From a virus (lineage: Duplodnaviria; Caudoviricetes), in IMG/VR virus record IMGVR_UViG_3300037183_000048, positions 1-46,312 of that record: a stretch of DNA of 46,312 nt; one strand, written 5' to 3'. The notes beneath the pieces are model-generated. The model saw only the letters and a program-made list of their open reading frames with translations, searched no databases and was not told the DNA's origin. Below, in pieces: positions 8,017 through 16,757 of the stretch (its first letter is position 1; the number at the start of each line of letters is the position of its first letter). The position numbers and the translations under genes were made by a program.

Positions 8017-10311
8017 CTAGAACGGGCTGAGGCCGCTGATGAAGGTTTTGATTTGGTTACCAAGGCCAGACTGCGCCGCCGCTGCCTGCGCCGCCGCTTG
8101 CTGCTGCTGAAACTGAATCTGATTAGCGTTCAGGCCAAGCGAGGTGTCGATCATGTTCGCATAGTTACTGGCCGTGTTCTGCGTGCCATTGAGAAACGTC
8201 TGCGCTTGCATATTGCCAAGCGTGCCAGCGTCCGTGACCCCGGTGTTCACTCGCGTCTGCTGCAACTGCTGAGCGGCGTTCCCAGACTGCAAATAGTTCA
8301 TGTACTGTTGTTGGGTCATCTGGTCGGTCATGTTCGCCAGATTGCCGTACTGGTTCATCGACGTAAGCTGTTGACCGCCGGCCGCATTAGCGGCTTGCTG
8401 ATACGCCTGCTGTTGCGCAAGCGTCTGTGCATCGACGGCGTTCGTCTGCCCCATGGATGCTTGAATCTGACCAAGGCTCGCAGCCGACGAAGCATTGGCA
8501 GCCTGTTGACCGCCCTGAAGATAATTCAGGTTCGTGTTGGCGAGGCCCTGGCTAGTTGCAAGTTGGCCCTGAGTTCCCGCTAGTCGTTGGGCGTCGGCAG
8601 TCGATAGAGCACCTGTAAGACCGGCGAGACCAGCATATCGGCTGGAGTCTGCGGTTGCTCCAGCAGCGACGCCCCCCTGCGCACGTGCGAGTGCATCCTG
8701 CTGCGACTGCTGATAGGTGCCAGAGAGGCCAGCAAGCTGTGACAGTTGCTCTTGCGAAGTCTGACCGGCGATATTCGAACCAAGCCCGAGGCGAGACAGT
8801 TGGTCGGCTTGCGACTGCTGGGCGACTCCCTGCTGCCCTTGCAGCCCAGCGAGTTGGTATTGATTCGTCTGTCCGGCGAGCGTTCCGCCAAGCCCAAGGC
8901 GCTGCTGCTGGAGAGACTGCGACTGTTCGCCAATCCCAGTAGCGCCGCCAAGCCCTGCGAGTGTTTCACCACTGGCGGCCTGCCCATAGTTGAGCATTTG
9001 GCCGTATTGGCTCTGCTGAAGGCCAGCCACCGAATTGGCAGCACTCTGCTGTTGGCCAAGTCGTGATTGAGTCGCCCCCTGAGCTGCGCCCTGGAGTTGG
9101 CCTTCCTGCTGATACTGCTGAGCCGCAAGATTCGAAGCGCCAAGGGCTTGTGCCTTCATCGCAGCGCCAGAGTTGAACCCTCCGCGCGCATTGAAACTCG
9201 CATCGATATCAGCGGACTGCTGTTGTTGAAGCTGCTGATAATACGGATTCGTTCCGTTCAGATCGGAAGCAGCGAACTGCTCAAGTTGGCCGGGTCCGCT
9301 CTGCTGCGGCGTCTGTTGGTTGAACGTCGAGGTAGCAGCGTTCTGAGACGATAGGCCGGGCAGAGCAGCGCCATACAGGTTGTTAACGGTGTTATTGCCG
9401 AGATAGCCGCTCTGTAGCCCGGTTGACTGCTGTTCGAACTGCCCTTGGCCAAGCAGTTGACCACCGACCATCTGCTGATAGTTCTGAGCAGCACCGGGCT
9501 GGCCGTAGGCATTGAACAGCCCACCGGCGGCCTGCTCCATGGCGCCGGGGCCTTGCAATTGACCGGCTTGCGACTGCTGGAATTGCTGAGCTGCGCCGGG
9601 TTGAGAATACAGGGATGCCAGGTTTCCGGTTTGTTGCTCGAATGCGCCAGGGTTCTGAAAAGTACCCTGTGCAGCGCCGTACGCTTGCCCGGCCGCAGAT
9701 GGTTGCGAGTATCCACCCTGGATCTGCCCCATGGCCCCCTGGAGGCCAGTTTGCGCACCAAACTGTTGCATGAGCCCAGGAGCGGCTCCCTGCATTGCAT
9801 TCGAACCGTATTGCCCCTGCGTCTGGTTGAAGTAGTTTGTAGATGCGCTCGGCTGAGCCAGTTGGCCCATGTAACCGGCGTAACTCTGCTGGCCGTTGGT
9901 GGGCGCCAGCATGTTCTGGCCCTGCGACTGAAACGCCTGGGTACCAATCGGGGCTTGCGAATACTGGCCCGAGAGTTGCCCGTATACGCCACTCAGCGCA
10001 GACGGGTTGATTAGGTTCTGACCGGCGGTGTTGAATGCCTGTTCGCCAGATCCATCGCTCGTTAATGTCCCGTTGGGACCGTAGGCATTCGACAGGGCGG
10101 CGTTGGCGTTGGCGTACATCGCCGCAGCGGTCCCCGTATTCATGTTCCCGATGGTCTGCTGCTGGGTGGCAATCCCCTGCGCCTTGTCGGTCAGAGCTGC
10201 CAACTGCGACTCTGCCGTAGGCGGCGCGGGCGCCAGGGGAGGAAGACCGGCGGCGGCTCTGGCCGCAGCGGCGTTGTTAACGATGGTAGTCGGATCGCCC
10301 CTAACGGCCAT
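8017..10311 (-). CDS. Q/G/A-rich DNA transfer (P22 gp7-like pilot) protein with repeat arms
   Basis: Central PYYQQLQ...ASFNARGGFNSGAAMKAQ motif resembles podovirus DNA-transfer proteins; directly follows the gp10-like gene. Confidence 0.65.
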   Translation of the reverse strand: MAVRGDPTTIVNNAAAARAAAGLPPLAPAPPTAESQLAALTDKAQGIATQQQTIGNMNTGTAAAMYANANAALSNAYGPNGTLTSDGSGEQAFNTAGQNLINPSALSGVYGQLSGQYSQAPIGTQAFQSQGQNMLAPTNGQQSYAGYMGQLAQPSASTNYFNQTQGQYGSNAMQGAAPGLMQQFGAQTGLQGAMGQIQGGYSQPSAAGQAYGAAQGTFQNPGAFEQQTGNLASLYSQPGAAQQFQQSQAGQLQGPGAMEQAAGGLFNAYGQPGAAQNYQQMVGGQLLGQGQFEQQSTGLQSGYLGNNTVNNLYGAALPGLSSQNAATSTFNQQTPQQSGPGQLEQFAASDLNGTNPYYQQLQQQQSADIDASFNARGGFNSGAAMKAQALGASNLAAQQYQQEGQLQGAAQGATQSRLGQQQSAANSVAGLQQSQYGQMLNYGQAASGETLAGLGGATGIGEQSQSLQQQRLGLGGTLAGQTNQYQLAGLQGQQGVAQQSQADQLSRLGLGSNIAGQTSQEQLSQLAGLSGTYQQSQQDALARAQGGVAAGATADSSRYAGLAGLTGALSTADAQRLAGTQGQLATSQGLANTNLNYLQGGQQAANASSAASLGQIQASMGQTNAVDAQTLAQQQAYQQAANAAGGQQLTSMNQYGNLANMTDQMTQQQYMNYLQSGNAAQQLQQTRVNTGVTDAGTLGNMQAQTFLNGTQNTASNYANMIDTSLGLNANQIQFQQQQAAAQAAAAQSGLGNQIKTFISGLSPF

Positions 10312-10320
10312 GGTTGCACA

Positions 10321-11829
10321 TCATGAGGTTAAAACCGTAAAGTCCTCTTCCAGCGCGGAAATCACGCTGTCGTCGGCTCCCGAATACCTGATTTTATACT
10401 GTCGGCGTCGATAGATCCCGCCCGGATACCAGTTTTTCCAATTTGTAGTGTCGCCGTCCTGCGTGCCGAGGTCGATGGTCGTTGGAACGCTCCAAGGTCC
10501 CTCGTCGTCCTTCTTCGACAGCTCAATCGCAAGCCCGCTGGACTTCCCGCGTGACAGGTAAATCGTCAACCCGTTGCATCGCTTGCGCTTGGCCGTGCTG
10601 TAGTCCAACCGCTGCGTGACAATCTCAGCCACAATCGGCTCAGTTACGGTGCCGTTGGTTGCGATGTCGAGGTACGAGTTCAAGTCGAACGTCAAAACGT
10701 TCTCGTAAAGCGAGTCGCCAATGAAGTGGCGGTTCACCGACGGGGCAAACACATAGGCGCCTACCCTGGGGGCGGTGTAATCGCCCTTCGTGGTGTTCCA
10801 GGACTTCCACTGGCCCCATTTCTGGGTGTTCAGTTCGTAGTACCAGGAGATCCCCTCAGTCGGAAAAACCCAAATCAGCAAATCCCACCAGCCGATTTGC
10901 GAACGGAACCCAAAACAGTCGCTTACGGTCGAGATGTTACGCAAGTCGTGCGCGATCGGGCCACTGATTACCTGATAACTACGCCCGTCTGTCGTAACGA
11001 AGCGACGAAGGTTATCAAACATCGCAAAAGTGGTGTCCATTGGAATAGGCGAGTACGGCGATTGCGTGCCGATGTTCAGGGCCGGTGCCGACTGAAACGG
11101 CAGGTTGGCATCCGAGGTCACGCCGTATACCTGTACCGTCTGCGTGCCAAAAATGTAAAGCTCGCGAAGGTTCTCGTACACGGCAACGACCGGGTCGGGG
11201 CGGGCGTCGGCGGTGTTGAAGTTTAATGGTGGCCATGTGCCGTCTTGCCCATCGCCAATGGCTGACCAAATGTACTGATTCAGAGATCCTGGGAACTGGT
11301 TGTTCGCAATGATGTAGTTCGCGAGCTTTACCACGTGAGTAGCCGCCTGTGGTGGCTGGTTCGTTCCCAGCACATAGGAAGCGAGACGCGACGACATGAC
11401 TGTAGTGTCGCCAGTCCACGTTTGGAGTTGACCGCCGCCGGCAATGATCAGGCGCAGAGAGTCCTCGGCGAATACTGCGCGACCGCTACCAGACAACTGG
11501 GTCGTGACATCTGACGTGGAGAGCTGAAACTTGGCTAGTGTTACGAGGTTCTGCGCAACGATGTACCTGTCGGCGCGAACGTAGATCAGGAAGTCCTGCG
11601 CAACGATCGGGTTCTTCCAGATGTACATCCCGATGATGTTCTGGTTGGTCCCCGATGACTTGCTGTTATTGGCAGTATCAAACCCGATGTTCGTGATTGC
11701 CGGGCGCGTCTTAGAGCCACCGCTGGCGTTGCCATCTGGCGTCCAATTGATGACAGACGCGGATGCGCCTGGGATGTCTTCGGGGTTATTGACCTGGCCT
11801 AGGTCGATTGGAATGCGAATCGTTGGCAT
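10321..11829 (-). CDS. Tail hub / packaged-DNA stabilization protein (P22 gp10-like)
   Basis: 502 aa; FNTADARPDPVVAV, ELYIFGTQTVQVY, FPTEGISWYY and GIYRRRQYKIR match the gp10 pattern. Confidence 0.8.
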   Translation of the reverse strand: MPTIRIPIDLGQVNNPEDIPGASASVINWTPDGNASGGSKTRPAITNIGFDTANNSKSSGTNQNIIGMYIWKNPIVAQDFLIYVRADRYIVAQNLVTLAKFQLSTSDVTTQLSGSGRAVFAEDSLRLIIAGGGQLQTWTGDTTVMSSRLASYVLGTNQPPQAATHVVKLANYIIANNQFPGSLNQYIWSAIGDGQDGTWPPLNFNTADARPDPVVAVYENLRELYIFGTQTVQVYGVTSDANLPFQSAPALNIGTQSPYSPIPMDTTFAMFDNLRRFVTTDGRSYQVISGPIAHDLRNISTVSDCFGFRSQIGWWDLLIWVFPTEGISWYYELNTQKWGQWKSWNTTKGDYTAPRVGAYVFAPSVNRHFIGDSLYENVLTFDLNSYLDIATNGTVTEPIVAEIVTQRLDYSTAKRKRCNGLTIYLSRGKSSGLAIELSKKDDEGPWSVPTTIDLGTQDGDTTNWKNWYPGGIYRRRQYKIRYSGADDSVISALEEDFTVLTS

Positions 11830-13367
11830 TAGATTGCGGCTGTCGCTCTGGTAGTTTCCCTGTAAACCGCGCTGATATGATCATACCGGAACGACATCAT
11901 CGTAACGTTCCCCGTAGCCGGCGCGGGATTGGCACCACCGACCAATTTATATGCTCCACCAAAGTTCCAGACTACGGCTCCTCCGGAGTTATTGATGCAC
12001 GCTATATCTAGCGGCGTACCTGCCAACGGGTTGTAAATTGGGTTTTGAACCGTAATGGTGATTGCGGCGGTTGCGATGATTCTTACGAACTGACTACCTC
12101 CAGGGATCACCGAGCCATTGACTGCCAAGCTTGCCGCCACGGGGAGACCGACCCTGGCGTCAGCCATGGCAGTCAATATTTGCGTCCCGTTTACTAGTAT
12201 TACGCTAGTATTGGCCGAGTTAACTCTAATTGAGTTTGTTAGAGCAGCTGAGAAGCTACCACCGTTTATCAGAATCGATGGAGATGCATTTGCCGGTATA
12301 TCAATACCAAAGCCGCCAGCCGAAGATGTTGATATATTGACATCGTTGAACACGGTTCCGGCCTGGCTCAGGGCAGAGGTTGTCATGATGACACCGCCGG
12401 TAAACGCAGATGATGCTGACACGGTTACATCGCTAATCACGCTTAGGTCCAGCGCGCCCGACAGCCCAAACCCGGTTGATGTTCCAGACAAGGTGATTGC
12501 AATGTTAGAAAGAAGCGAACCACCGGCGGTAAAGGTGCCGCCACTTAAGCCTGATATTCCGTTGTTAAATCCAGACACATTAAGATTGGATATGTTCACC
12601 TGGCCGGCGACGGCGACGGCAGTGCCAGACGACGAAGTGTTGGCTAGTATAGATATGTCTGATAGATTAAAAAACGACACCTGTCCGCTGGCCGTTATCC
12701 CATTGGCGGATGTGCTGGTCTGCCTTAATGAGGTTGCGTTCTTGGCTGCTCCGTTAAACGATATGGCGGTAATACTCACAGGCGCGATCGAAATCGCAGA
12801 AGAAATCACGTATGCGCCAGGTGGAAGATAAACCTTCCCGCCACCAATGGCGATCACTCTGTTGACCGCTGCCTGGATGGCAGACGTGTCGTCAGTTAGG
12901 CCGTCTCCCTTGGCGCCAAAGTCCTTGACGCTAATCTGAACCTCTTCGAACTTAGTCACCAGAAGACGTGATACAGCGCCGGCCCCTGGATCCAAGAACG
13001 TTCCATTGGGTCCGCCTAGCGACGTGCGCAGCAGCGACAGCAGTGAATTCAGGTCCGTTGCGCCTGGCCAGTCTGGGTTAGACACGCCGACAAGCTCGGC
13101 TCTATCGCCGTCAATTCGCGCAATGTCCTGAAGCGTGACGCCACTAACGTCCTTGATGATTGCACGAAGAGGAGTAGCCGTATAGACGGGCAATGGCGAC
13201 TTACCATTGGCATCCAGAACAATCGGCTGGGTTTGTGGCTGTAGTAGGGCATCGTCGCTGAACACCGTCGCAGGGGTCAAGGTTCCTACGGCGTAGAACG
13301 AGACGCTCCCAGACGCCGCAGAGGCGCCAAACCCAGAGACGTACAGGGACTGTAGAAATGCGGCCAT
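11829..13367 (-). CDS. Tailspike: head-binding N-domain plus pectate-lyase-3-type beta-helix
   Basis: FYAVGTLTPATVFSD...PIVLDANG N-domain; ISVKDFGAKGDGLTDDTSAIQAA...KVYLPPGAY. ATG at 13367 preferred (GTG at 13373 alternative). Confidence 0.85.
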   Translation of the reverse strand: MAAFLQSLYVSGFGASAASGSVSFYAVGTLTPATVFSDDALLQPQTQPIVLDANGKSPLPVYTATPLRAIIKDVSGVTLQDIARIDGDRAELVGVSNPDWPGATDLNSLLSLLRTSLGGPNGTFLDPGAGAVSRLLVTKFEEVQISVKDFGAKGDGLTDDTSAIQAAVNRVIAIGGGKVYLPPGAYVISSAISIAPVSITAISFNGAAKNATSLRQTSTSANGITASGQVSFFNLSDISILANTSSSGTAVAVAGQVNISNLNVSGFNNGISGLSGGTFTAGGSLLSNIAITLSGTSTGFGLSGALDLSVISDVTVSASSAFTGGVIMTTSALSQAGTVFNDVNISTSSAGGFGIDIPANASPSILINGGSFSAALTNSIRVNSANTSVILVNGTQILTAMADARVGLPVAASLAVNGSVIPGGSQFVRIIATAAITITVQNPIYNPLAGTPLDIACINNSGGAVVWNFGGAYKLVGGANPAPATGNVTMMSFRYDHISAVYRETTRATAAI

Positions 13368-13873
13368 TACCACTCACTCTGTGTTATAATAGGTACATGA
13401 AGAGCATCAGATGGACCGTGGAATTGATCCTTGATAACTGCGCTAAGTCCAAGAAAGGAGAATGCATTGAATGGCAGCGGTGGCGTTCTAGGCCATCTGG
13501 CGTCGGAAGCTACGGCAAGGTTATGAGTTTCGGGTTTAGGTGGACCACCCACCGTCTCATGTGGACCTTGGTTAATGGTCCAATACCGCATGGAATGTGG
13601 GTATTGCATACGTGTGATAACCCACCTTGTTGCAATATTGACCATCTTTACTTGGGAACCAGAAAGGACAACGTCGAAGACATGGTCAAAAAAGGCAGAC
13701 AACCAAAATGCGAAGGTTCTAAGTCCCCTAATGCAAAACTCACCGAATCCCAGGTTGCTGAAATAATCTCCGCAAGAGGAAAAGTTAGACAGGTTGATCT
13801 TGCTATCAAGTACGGAGTAACCCAGGGATTGATTTCCCGAATTCACAGAGGAGACGGCTGGAAACATGTTCAT
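13367..13873 (-). other. 168-codon antisense ORF across the HNH cassette, coupled to both neighbours
   Basis: ATG overlaps the adaptor stop (ATGA, 13870-13873); TAA overlaps the tailspike ATG (TAATG, 13365-13369). Confidence 0.5.
13382..13390 (+). promoter_or_regulatory. Extended -10 promoter (TGnTATAAT) for a leaderless HNH transcript
   Basis: TGTTATAAT, then 6 nt, then ATG at 13397. Confidence 0.7.
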
Positions 13874-13879
13874 CGATAG
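13397..13879 (+). CDS. HNH homing endonuclease with C-terminal HTH-like tail
   Basis: CIEW, THRLMW, VLHTCDNPPCCNIDHLYLGTRKDNVED, NAKLTESQV; AT-richer and antisense to the late operon. Confidence 0.9.
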   Translation: MKSIRWTVELILDNCAKSKKGECIEWQRWRSRPSGVGSYGKVMSFGFRWTTHRLMWTLVNGPIPHGMWVLHTCDNPPCCNIDHLYLGTRKDNVEDMVKKGRQPKCEGSKSPNAKLTESQVAEIISARGKVRQVDLAIKYGVTQGLISRIHRGDGWKHVHR

Positions 13880-14619
13880 TTTCCCCTTCCTGAATAACTT
13901 CCGTAATAATATGCTCCGAAAGCACAGATTTGTACGTCACCGCGTTCATTGTCATCGTTTAGCAAACGGTCGCGTTCCTCGTGGAACGTCTGGTTCAGGA
14001 AGTTTATACGGTCCATTGCCAATCCGTAAGCCATGGCAAGGTCGGTAGCTAGCCCGAAGCGCAGGCAACGAATCCACTTTTGCGGCACGTCCAGCGTGTT
14101 GGCGTCGGTCGACTGATCGCGAGCTTTGACGACGGCGGGGTATTCGAACGTGTCGCCGCTCGCGGGCGGTACTGGGTACAACTGCAATGTAATCGTTTCG
14201 AGACCAGCGGTATTCAGCGCTTTCTCCGCGAAGTAGCGAATCGGCGTGCCCTGTAACGTTCGATCGCCAAGGTACATGTACTCATCGCGCGCCATGGTCG
14301 TTACAATGCTTCCCGTGGTTTGCCCAGACAGCGTGTAACGCCCAGGTTCATCGATGTCGTAAACGTCACTTGCGAGAACGTATGCAGCGGTACCCGAGAT
14401 CGTTGTCAGAGTTCGCCGCTGTACCCTCCAAAGCAACGCCCCATCCGCGTCCATCGACATGATCAGTTGGGCCAGGATGTCGTTGGCGTGCGTCACCAAT
14501 GCCCCTGCGTCTGCTGCTGGATTAATCACGCCAGGCCCAATCGCGCCTACGTCGGTCAACGCTAGTTGAACAACGCGGCCACGATTGGGGTTGTAATTGG
14601 ATGTTGCGGGGACGGACAT
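13870..14619 (-). CDS. Head-tail adaptor (P22 gp4 / tail tubular A-like)
   Basis: QGTPIRYF...LQLYPVP...DVPQKWIRCLRFGLATDLA pattern; position. Confidence 0.75.
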   Translation of the reverse strand: MSVPATSNYNPNRGRVVQLALTDVGAIGPGVINPAADAGALVTHANDILAQLIMSMDADGALLWRVQRRTLTTISGTAAYVLASDVYDIDEPGRYTLSGQTTGSIVTTMARDEYMYLGDRTLQGTPIRYFAEKALNTAGLETITLQLYPVPPASGDTFEYPAVVKARDQSTDANTLDVPQKWIRCLRFGLATDLAMAYGLAMDRINFLNQTFHEERDRLLNDDNERGDVQICAFGAYYYGSYSGRGNYR

Positions 14620-15047
14620 TAGTATGCCTTAGGCGCGACTCCCGCTTGCTGTGGCTGCTGCATCGGTGGGCGCTGTGGCATCCCGCCCTGGAATGTGCCC
14701 TGTGGATACTGCATCTGTGGGGCTACTTGCGGCTGCTGCTGGCGAGCCATGAGCGCCTGAAGCATCTGCGGGTTCACCTGTGGCTGTACGCCACCAGGCC
14801 CGGGAGGCATGCCTCCCATGTGGCCGCCCATGCCGTTCATGGCAGCGTACTGTCCGCCGGGAGGGCCGCCCATGCCACCCTGCGGACCCTGGCCGGCCTG
14901 CTGCGGCCCCTGCATCCACGGTGGGCGCTGCCCCATCTGCTGACCCATTTGTCCACCACCCGGACCGCCGGCCATGCCGCCGGCAGGCCCTTGCGGGCGT
15001 TGTGGCATCTGTCCGTGCATTTGGTTCATGCCTGCATATACGCTCAT
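14619..15047 (-). CDS. Low-complexity Q/G/P/M-rich (prion-like) protein
   Basis: 142 aa, RBS GAGG, TAATG-coupled to the adaptor, no acidic residues. Confidence 0.7.
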   Translation of the reverse strand: MSVYAGMNQMHGQMPQRPQGPAGGMAGGPGGGQMGQQMGQRPPWMQGPQQAGQGPQGGMGGPPGGQYAAMNGMGGHMGGMPPGPGGVQPQVNPQMLQALMARQQQPQVAPQMQYPQGTFQGGMPQRPPMQQPQQAGVAPKAY

Positions 15048-15056
15048 CGTGTTACC

Positions 15057-16757
15057 TCAGATTTGGAAATTGTCGTTTGCATTTGCTCGAAACATTTGTC
15101 CGATTGCAGCGGCGGTACCTGGAGAAATCAGCAGCCCTGCAAGGTTTGGCACTCCGGTTGATTGCTGAACAAACCCATTAAGGTTCGATACTCCGTAAAG
15201 AATCCTCCAGTCGGACTTCTGGAATCTGTTGTAGTCGTAGTCTTCTGGAACGGCTAATCCTGGAGACACGATGTAGTCCTTGGCTGCGTCAAGGTCGGCG
15301 TTTGACTGAGATGCCTGGATTCTAGACATGTAACCCGCAGAAACCAGGGCATATGCGCTGCTGCCGTTGAGTGCTACTGGATTAGCATTAGCGTCCCTGA
15401 CCGCCAACGTACTGGTCAGTGCAATCTTGGGGTTGTAATTTCCATTCACTCCGTTGACGGTCGGGGCATCTTGGCCAATTGACTTAGTCGTGGATTGGAA
15501 CGCAGGGTTCGACGTGAACGACATCAGCCACGTCCAAATAGACGACACTTGGGCGCTGTAGCCTTCGAATGCATATAGACACCTGAGGGCGTTCGAGAAG
15601 TTTGCCGCCGTAATAGTGGTTCCGGGGGAATTCAGACTTGAGTCTGACCATCTTCCAAACGTCGGATTTGATTGGTTTCCAAGGTATGGGATAAACTGCT
15701 CATATGGAGTCGTAGAAGAGAATCCAGTTATAACTTGGTTAATTCTGTTGTCGTATGCTCCAACAGACCAGAAGGCCCTAGCCTTTGAAATAGACGAAGA
15801 AAGCAACCTTTGTGGCGCAGAAATATAAAACCCCGATACAGTCGTATCGGCGCCGTGTATCTCGTCTCCTACCTGCTTAAACAGTTCATTCAGGAACTCT
15901 ATGCACTGCATAGCAATGTTTGGAAAATAGAACTGGAGTCCAGTGCCGACCGTGAGGAATGTATTCGTCCAAGTGTCAAATTCGGCTCTATTAGAACTGT
16001 TGTCAGCGCTGGAAGAAAACCCAGTCGTCCTAAGGTCGTCCCTTTGCGTACTAGAAAGGCAATCGGCGAATCCTCGTGCCGAAGCAAGGTATCTATCAGT
16101 CCCGGTCAACTGGAACGCCCTTAGCATGGCCAACCCGCCATACGCCTGGTCTCTGACTGCAACCTGATTAGCTGCTCCAATAAATACGGCGCCATAGTTC
16201 GCATCATTAGACTTCGTTGACGCGGTTGAGGTGCCAAACCCAACCTGCTTAGAGTAAATCCAATCAGCTAGTTCAATGATTTTCTTGGTAGCCCTGCTAA
16301 TCCAGTACGACGGCTTTTTCTTCTCAACAACCAATTCATAAAGGTACCTGACGGTTTCGCCGGCCGAATTCATGGAGTATGCGCCCGGTGTTTGCTGCGT
16401 ATTGTTAACCAGAAACGTCGCACCTGGAGCGGCGCCTAACCTAAACCCACCAGTCCATCCAGAGTCGTAAACAGGCAAGTTAGTAAGAAAGTTGAATATC
16501 TCGGCTTCTTGGGAATACGAGTCTTTGAACGAATACGGAACGCCAAACGGCGGCGGTGGCGCCTCTCTCCGCTTGTTTGAGTCGGCCGAGATGCGGTCGC
16601 GTTCGAGCTGCGTCTGTTCAGCGCACCAGCGGATACAACGAAACTTTCCGTCGGGGCCGCGTACGAGCTGGTTATTGCGGAACCGAATCCCGCACACGTC
16701 GCAACTGCGAAGGAACGTTCCAGGCTCCCAGGTAATTGGCCTCGTGTAAGCCATCAC
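15057..16757 (-). CDS. CxxC Zn-ribbon head fused to a putative alpha/alpha-toroid (six-hairpin glycosidase-like) domain
   Basis: CDVCG...CIRWC N-terminus; LAMLRAFQLTGTDRYLASARGFAD helix-hairpin motif; lower GC body. Confidence 0.55.
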   Translation of the reverse strand: MMAYTRPITWEPGTFLRSCDVCGIRFRNNQLVRGPDGKFRCIRWCAEQTQLERDRISADSNKRREAPPPPFGVPYSFKDSYSQEAEIFNFLTNLPVYDSGWTGGFRLGAAPGATFLVNNTQQTPGAYSMNSAGETVRYLYELVVEKKKPSYWISRATKKIIELADWIYSKQVGFGTSTASTKSNDANYGAVFIGAANQVAVRDQAYGGLAMLRAFQLTGTDRYLASARGFADCLSSTQRDDLRTTGFSSSADNSSNRAEFDTWTNTFLTVGTGLQFYFPNIAMQCIEFLNELFKQVGDEIHGADTTVSGFYISAPQRLLSSSISKARAFWSVGAYDNRINQVITGFSSTTPYEQFIPYLGNQSNPTFGRWSDSSLNSPGTTITAANFSNALRCLYAFEGYSAQVSSIWTWLMSFTSNPAFQSTTKSIGQDAPTVNGVNGNYNPKIALTSTLAVRDANANPVALNGSSAYALVSAGYMSRIQASQSNADLDAAKDYIVSPGLAVPEDYDYNRFQKSDWRILYGVSNLNGFVQQSTGVPNLAGLLISPGTAAAIGQMFRANANDNFQI

